This document shows positions 58,440-64,000 of a stretch of DNA of 64,000 nucleotides, one piece after another (the stretch's first letter is position 1; every line of letters begins with the position of its first letter). The translations under genes were made by a program, and so were the position numbers. This DNA is from an uncultured Actinomycetota bacterium (GTDB lineage: Bacteria; Actinomycetota; Actinomycetes; JAHEKZ01), in contig CAVURN010000005.1 in NCBI GenBank assembly GCA_963743915.1, positions 207,131 through 271,130 of the forward strand, given 5' to 3'. The notes beneath the pieces were generated by a model, which worked only from the letters and a program-made list of their open reading frames with translations, was not told where the DNA came from and made no database searches.

Positions 58440-59318
58440 GTGGTCAAGCACTACGGTCCGATCACCGCCGTCGATGGGATCTCACTCACGGTTCCCCGCG
58501 GCATCGTGCTGGGGCTCCTGGGTCCCAACGGCGCAGGCAAGTCCACGACCATGCGGATGCTGACCGGGCAGACGCGACCCTCGTCCGGCCGCATCACCGT
58601 GCTCGGCCACGACGTCGCCACGGAGTCGAAGCAGGCACGCGCCCGCATGGGGGTGGTCCCGCAGCTGGACAACCTCGACACCGAGCTCACCGTGGAGCAG
58701 AACCTGGCGATGTTCTCGGTTCTCTACCGGATCCCGCGACGCGAGCGGCACGACGCCGTGGAGCGCGCCCTCGACGTCGCACAGCTGCGCGACCGCCGGG
58801 ACGCGAAGGTCACCGAGATCTCCGGTGGCATGAAGCGCCGGCTGCTGATCGCTCGGGGTCTGGTGCACCAGCCGGAGCTCGTGCTGCTCGACGAGCCGAC
58901 TGTGGGTCTCGACCCACAGGTGCGCCAGGAGCTCTGGTCGCTCATCGACGCCCTGCGCAGCCAGGGAACGACCGTTCTGATGTCCACGCACTACATCGAG
59001 GAGGCCGAGCGGCTCGCCGACGACGTCGCCGTCGTCTCCCACGGGAAGATCGTGGCGCAGGGCAGGCCCCACGAGCTGCGCGCCGCCCACGTCGGGGAAC
59101 GCACCACCGAGTACTACGGACCGCCGGACCGGCTGGCCGCCATCGAGCAGGACGCCCACGGGGCCGGGCTCGCCACTCGGCGCACCGGCCCTTCCATCGC
59201 CGTCCTGAGATCCGAAACAGCTTCGGAGGAGCTGCTCACCCGGCTCGGCGACGGCGTCCACCGTCCGGCCAGCCTCGAGGACGTCTTCGTGCTGCTCACG
59301 GGCGAGGTGCTGGATTGA
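58440..59318 (+). CDS. ABC transporter ATP-binding protein (ABC-2/DrrA-like exporter)
   Basis: Walker A GPNGAGKST, signature SGGMKRRL, Walker B LVLLDEPT. Confidence 0.85.
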   Translation: MVKHYGPITAVDGISLTVPRGIVLGLLGPNGAGKSTTMRMLTGQTRPSSGRITVLGHDVATESKQARARMGVVPQLDNLDTELTVEQNLAMFSVLYRIPRRERHDAVERALDVAQLRDRRDAKVTEISGGMKRRLLIARGLVHQPELVLLDEPTVGLDPQVRQELWSLIDALRSQGTTVLMSTHYIEEAERLADDVAVVSHGKIVAQGRPHELRAAHVGERTTEYYGPPDRLAAIEQDAHGAGLATRRTGPSIAVLRSETASEELLTRLGDGVHRPASLEDVFVLLTGEVLD

Positions 59319-60100
59319 GCGCGCCACGCGCCGTGCGGCGTTACGAGTGGGCGACCTTCGAGGGCGTCTGGAACCGTGAGCTGACGCTGTTCAAGCGCTA
59401 CTGGGCGTCCACCACGGTCTCGTCGGTCGTGCAACCGATCATCTACCTGCTCGCCTTCGGCCTCGGGGTCGGCACCCTGGTGAGCTCGGTGGGCGGCATC
59501 ACCTACGTCGAGTTCGTGGGAACAGGATCGGTCGCGACGGCCGTGCTGTTCGCGTCAGCCTTTCCCGGCATGTTCAACACGTACGTGCGTCGCGTCTTCC
59601 AGCGCACCTACGACGCCATCCTCGCCGCACCGGTCAGCGTGGACGAGCTCGCGCTCGCCGAGGGGAGCTGGATCGCGGCGAAGGCGGGTCTCTACGGTTC
59701 CATCCCCTTGGTGGCCACCTTCTTCTTCGGGCTGCAACCGTCACCAGGCATGGTGCTCGTCCCCTTCATCGGGTTCGTCACCGGCCTGGGGTTCGCGTTC
59801 TTCGGCATGTGGGTGTCGGCGATCATCAAGACCATCGACGAGACGACCTACATCACCTCCGTCGTGCTGACCCCACTCTTCCTCGTCGCGGGCACCTTCT
59901 TCCCCATCGAGAACCTCTCGCCCGCCCTGCAGGTGGCGGCGTGGTTCAACCCGCTCTACCACTGCGTCGAGCTGGTCCGGGCGGCCAGCTTCGGCTGGGA
60001 CATGCCCGTCGACCTGTACCACTTCGCGTTCCTGGCCGTGTTCGCCGTCGCCATGTGGGCACTGGCCGTCCGCCAGCTGCGCCGTCGGCTCGTCGACTGA
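59315..60100 (+). CDS. ABC-2 type transporter permease
   Basis: TTG 59315 overlaps the ATPase stop. Six TM helices, with the N-terminal pattern RELTLFKRYW. Confidence 0.7.
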   Translation: MSAPRAVRRYEWATFEGVWNRELTLFKRYWASTTVSSVVQPIIYLLAFGLGVGTLVSSVGGITYVEFVGTGSVATAVLFASAFPGMFNTYVRRVFQRTYDAILAAPVSVDELALAEGSWIAAKAGLYGSIPLVATFFFGLQPSPGMVLVPFIGFVTGLGFAFFGMWVSAIIKTIDETTYITSVVLTPLFLVAGTFFPIENLSPALQVAAWFNPLYHCVELVRAASFGWDMPVDLYHFAFLAVFAVAMWALAVRQLRRRLVD

Positions 60101-60142
60101 GCCGTGGCAGCCTCCAGCTGGACGACTCCTTAGGCTGACCCC

Positions 60143-61795
<1,653 letters not shown>

Positions 61796-61859
61796 TCCCG
61801 GTTTGGCGTCGCTGGGTATTTCGCGGGATGCGACTGCTTCGAACCGGGACACTGGGGCC

Positions 61860-63065
61860 ATGCCCGATGTAGCCAGTTCCGCCATGCTCCCCGACGGCGC
61901 CATTGTCCGCGGGGCACGGATCGAAGACGTCCCCGCGATGATGGAGATCGAGTCCGCCCGAGAGGGTGAGGACGACGCCGTCGATCTGGAGCTGGTGGCC
62001 AGCACCCCAAGCGGACTGCAGCTGATGAGCGTCGTCGAGCACGACGGGCGCGTCGTGTCGATCGCCACCCTGCTCGACGAGTCCGTGCGAACGGGCAGCG
62101 TCACTCTTCCCGCTGGCCAGATCGAGATGGTGGCAACCGCCAAGCATGCCGAGGGCCGCGGCTACGTACGCGCGCTGATGGGACGCTGCCACGAGCTGTC
62201 GAGAGCACGAGGACATGTGCTGCAGGTCATGATCGGGATCCCCAACTTCTACCGCCAGTTCGGGTACTCCTACTCGATCCCCATGCACCCGTGGGCAACC
62301 GTCACACCTGGAATCCCATCGCCAGATGGCTTCACCGTGACCACGGCGACGGCTGACGACATGGCCACCTGCCACGCGCTGCAGGAACAGATGCAACAAG
62401 CCTTCGACGTCGCAATGCCTCACAGCGCCGACTGCTGGAGGTGGCTCCTCACCCACACATCCAGCAGGCAGGCGCTGGTCCGCGACGCAGCGGGAGCCGC
62501 CGTCGGGTTGGCCCGCGTCTACGCCGACGACGGGTCGGTCGACATGGGTGAGATCACCGCCCACAGTCCCGAGGCGACAGACGCGCTGCTCGCCCATGCA
62601 CTGGGACTGACGTCGGACACCGGATCGTGTCGGGTCGGCGTACGTCCCCACGTTCCCGGGCTGGCCGCCCGGACCCAGGACACCGAACGAGTCGACTGGT
62701 ACTACGTGCGGATCGAGAACCCGAGCGCGCTGTTCACAGCCATGGCGCCCGTCCTTCTGCGACGACTTCACGACGCTGGCAACGCCGAAGGCTCCGCGCT
62801 GATCTCGTTCTGGGGTTCACACCTACGGCTGCACTGGACTGCCCAGGACCTTCGGGTCGAGGCTGGCGGGCCGATGCAGGCACCCATCTCGTCTGGCGGG
62901 TCCGGTCTACCGCTCGACGCGCTCGGTTCCCTGATGTTCGGCAGCGGTGCCGCCGGGCTCGAGGACCGCTACCCGGATGCCGGGCTGGGACGGCAGGCCG
63001 ACGTCATGAACACACTCTTCCCACCGCAGTCTGCAGATCTGCTGACCTTCTACTTGCCGTCCTAG
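61860..63065 (+). CDS. GNAT acetyltransferase with Eis-like C-terminal domain
   Basis: ATG 61860. GNAT core (GQIEMVATAKHAEGRGYVRALM) followed by a second GNAT-like domain and a sterol-carrier-like tail. Confidence 0.55.
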   Translation: MPDVASSAMLPDGAIVRGARIEDVPAMMEIESAREGEDDAVDLELVASTPSGLQLMSVVEHDGRVVSIATLLDESVRTGSVTLPAGQIEMVATAKHAEGRGYVRALMGRCHELSRARGHVLQVMIGIPNFYRQFGYSYSIPMHPWATVTPGIPSPDGFTVTTATADDMATCHALQEQMQQAFDVAMPHSADCWRWLLTHTSSRQALVRDAAGAAVGLARVYADDGSVDMGEITAHSPEATDALLAHALGLTSDTGSCRVGVRPHVPGLAARTQDTERVDWYYVRIENPSALFTAMAPVLLRRLHDAGNAEGSALISFWGSHLRLHWTAQDLRVEAGGPMQAPISSGGSGLPLDALGSLMFGSGAAGLEDRYPDAGLGRQADVMNTLFPPQSADLLTFYLPS

Positions 63066-63192
63066 AGTCCCGCCGTACACCCCACCGTTGACTTGCGGGC
63101 CACTCAGGGCGTAGGACCGGACCCAGGTTGTTCATCCCATCGGGACTTCAGCGCCGACGCCGGTCCAGGTCTCGCGCCAAGGAGAGTGCATC

Positions 63193-63576
63193 ATGACACC
63201 AAAGTCATTGACGATCATCGCTGCCGGAGCTGTCGCCCTCGGTCTGATAGCACCGGGAGTCGCCACGGCGGGCGGCAAGATCGAGAGCACCGTCACCATC
63301 CGGGCCGAAGGCGCTGACCTCAGCGGCTACGTCAAGTCTCCGCGACCGCGGGTGTGCGCGAAGGACCGCAAGGTCGTCGTGTTCAAGCAGGTCGGAACCG
63401 AGCAGGACCCGCGCAACGACGACCGGATCGCCAGCGACATCGCGTCCCTCAACGGGGACAGGGCCGAGTGGAGCACCGGCAACACCGGTGTCTATGGAAG
63501 GCTCTACGCCCGGGTGGCGCCGACGCCGGACTGCAAGTCGGACACCAGCGAGACCATTCGCGTCCGGCGCCCGTAA
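63193..63576 (+). CDS. Secreted hypothetical protein
   Basis: Signal peptide (LTIIAAGAVALGLIAPGVATA). 127 aa, two Cys. Confidence 0.45.
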   Translation: MTPKSLTIIAAGAVALGLIAPGVATAGGKIESTVTIRAEGADLSGYVKSPRPRVCAKDRKVVVFKQVGTEQDPRNDDRIASDIASLNGDRAEWSTGNTGVYGRLYARVAPTPDCKSDTSETIRVRRP

Positions 63577-63594
63577 AGGACGCACACCCTCACC

Positions 63595-63628
63595 GGTCGG
63601 GGTGGGTGACAGGTCACCCACCCCGACC
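63595..63628. terminator. Perfect 16-bp inverted repeat (GC-rich hairpin) between convergent genes, likely a bidirectional terminator
   Basis: ggtcggggtgggtgac-ag-gtcacccaccccgacc read directly in the sequence. It lies 19 nt after the plus-strand stop and 16 nt after the minus-strand stop. Confidence 0.6.
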
Positions 63629-63643
63629 CAAGGTGATGGAGGG

Positions 63644-64000
63644 CTAGTTCGGCAGGAGCACGATGGTGAACATCGTCGCCTTGCCGGACGACGCGCTCGC
63701 CGTGGCCGTCAGGCCGGAGCGTGCGCCGGACGCCGACGGCTGGTTGTCGTCGGTGAAGAGGCCGGTCACCCGCGTCGTCGTCGTCCCGACGAGCGCTGGG
63801 TCGACGACGGTCTCACGGACCGTCTGACCGGCAGGCGCCGTCCAGCCGGTGGTCGCCGCGTTCTTGTCCGCCCAGTACGACAGCACCCAGGCACCATCGG
63901 TCGGAACGTTGACGCCTGGCGTCGTGTGCGCAGCACGCGCAGTCGTCTCGATGGCACCGACCGCGCTCGGCGTCCCGCTCACCCCGGAGTACGCGGCCAA
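63644..64000 (-). CDS. C-terminal part of a hypothetical (probably secreted) protein; 5' end outside window
   Basis: The ORF is open to the window edge, has coding-like GC3 bias and shows no motif. Confidence 0.35.
   Translation of the reverse strand: MAAYSGVSGTPSAVGAIETTARAAHTTPGVNVPTDGAWVLSYWADKNAATTGWTAPAGQTVRETVVDPALVGTTTTRVTGLFTDDNQPSASGARSGLTATASASSGKATMFTIVLLPN

Overview
High-GC actinobacterial chromosomal window. The lineage is indicated by mtrA-mtrB-lpqB-comF-hpf synteny, the mycothiol gene mshB and an Sdh1-type succinate dehydrogenase; any finer assignment would be a guess. All family calls come from motifs read by eye, since no BLAST or HMM search could be run. Most of the window is ordinary housekeeping: translation factors typA and ychF, ispH, xseAB, glpX, class I fumarase, rmuC, a MoxR-DUF58 module and ABC transporters. 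The stand-out region is 15.9-28.8 kb, a chemosensory-like cluster on the minus strand: cheW, five tandem MCP paralogs, a hybrid CheA-CheW-REC kinase and a REC-GAF response regulator. The last ~870 bp of all five MCP genes, encoding the cytoplasmic signalling domain, are almost base-identical. I found two synonymous substitutions and one 1-nt indel, distributed as a mosaic among the copies. The 5' halves, encoding six-TM sensor modules, have diverged strongly. The identity breaks sharply at the linker/signalling-domain junction, which suggests ongoing gene conversion restricted to the kinase-control module. The indel sits near the 3' end of three copies. In copy 1 it fuses the MCP in frame to cheA, giving a single 1335-aa ORF, and copy 5 carries a second frameshift. 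A lower-GC lipoprotein gene on the opposite strand splits the array, and a 20-nt motif recurs upstream of two MCP transcription units. Elsewhere, three consecutive genes of a peptide ABC transporter operon each carry a 1-nt frameshift. SdhB has an unexpected ~125-aa C-terminal extension. No rRNA, tRNA, CRISPR array or transposase was seen.
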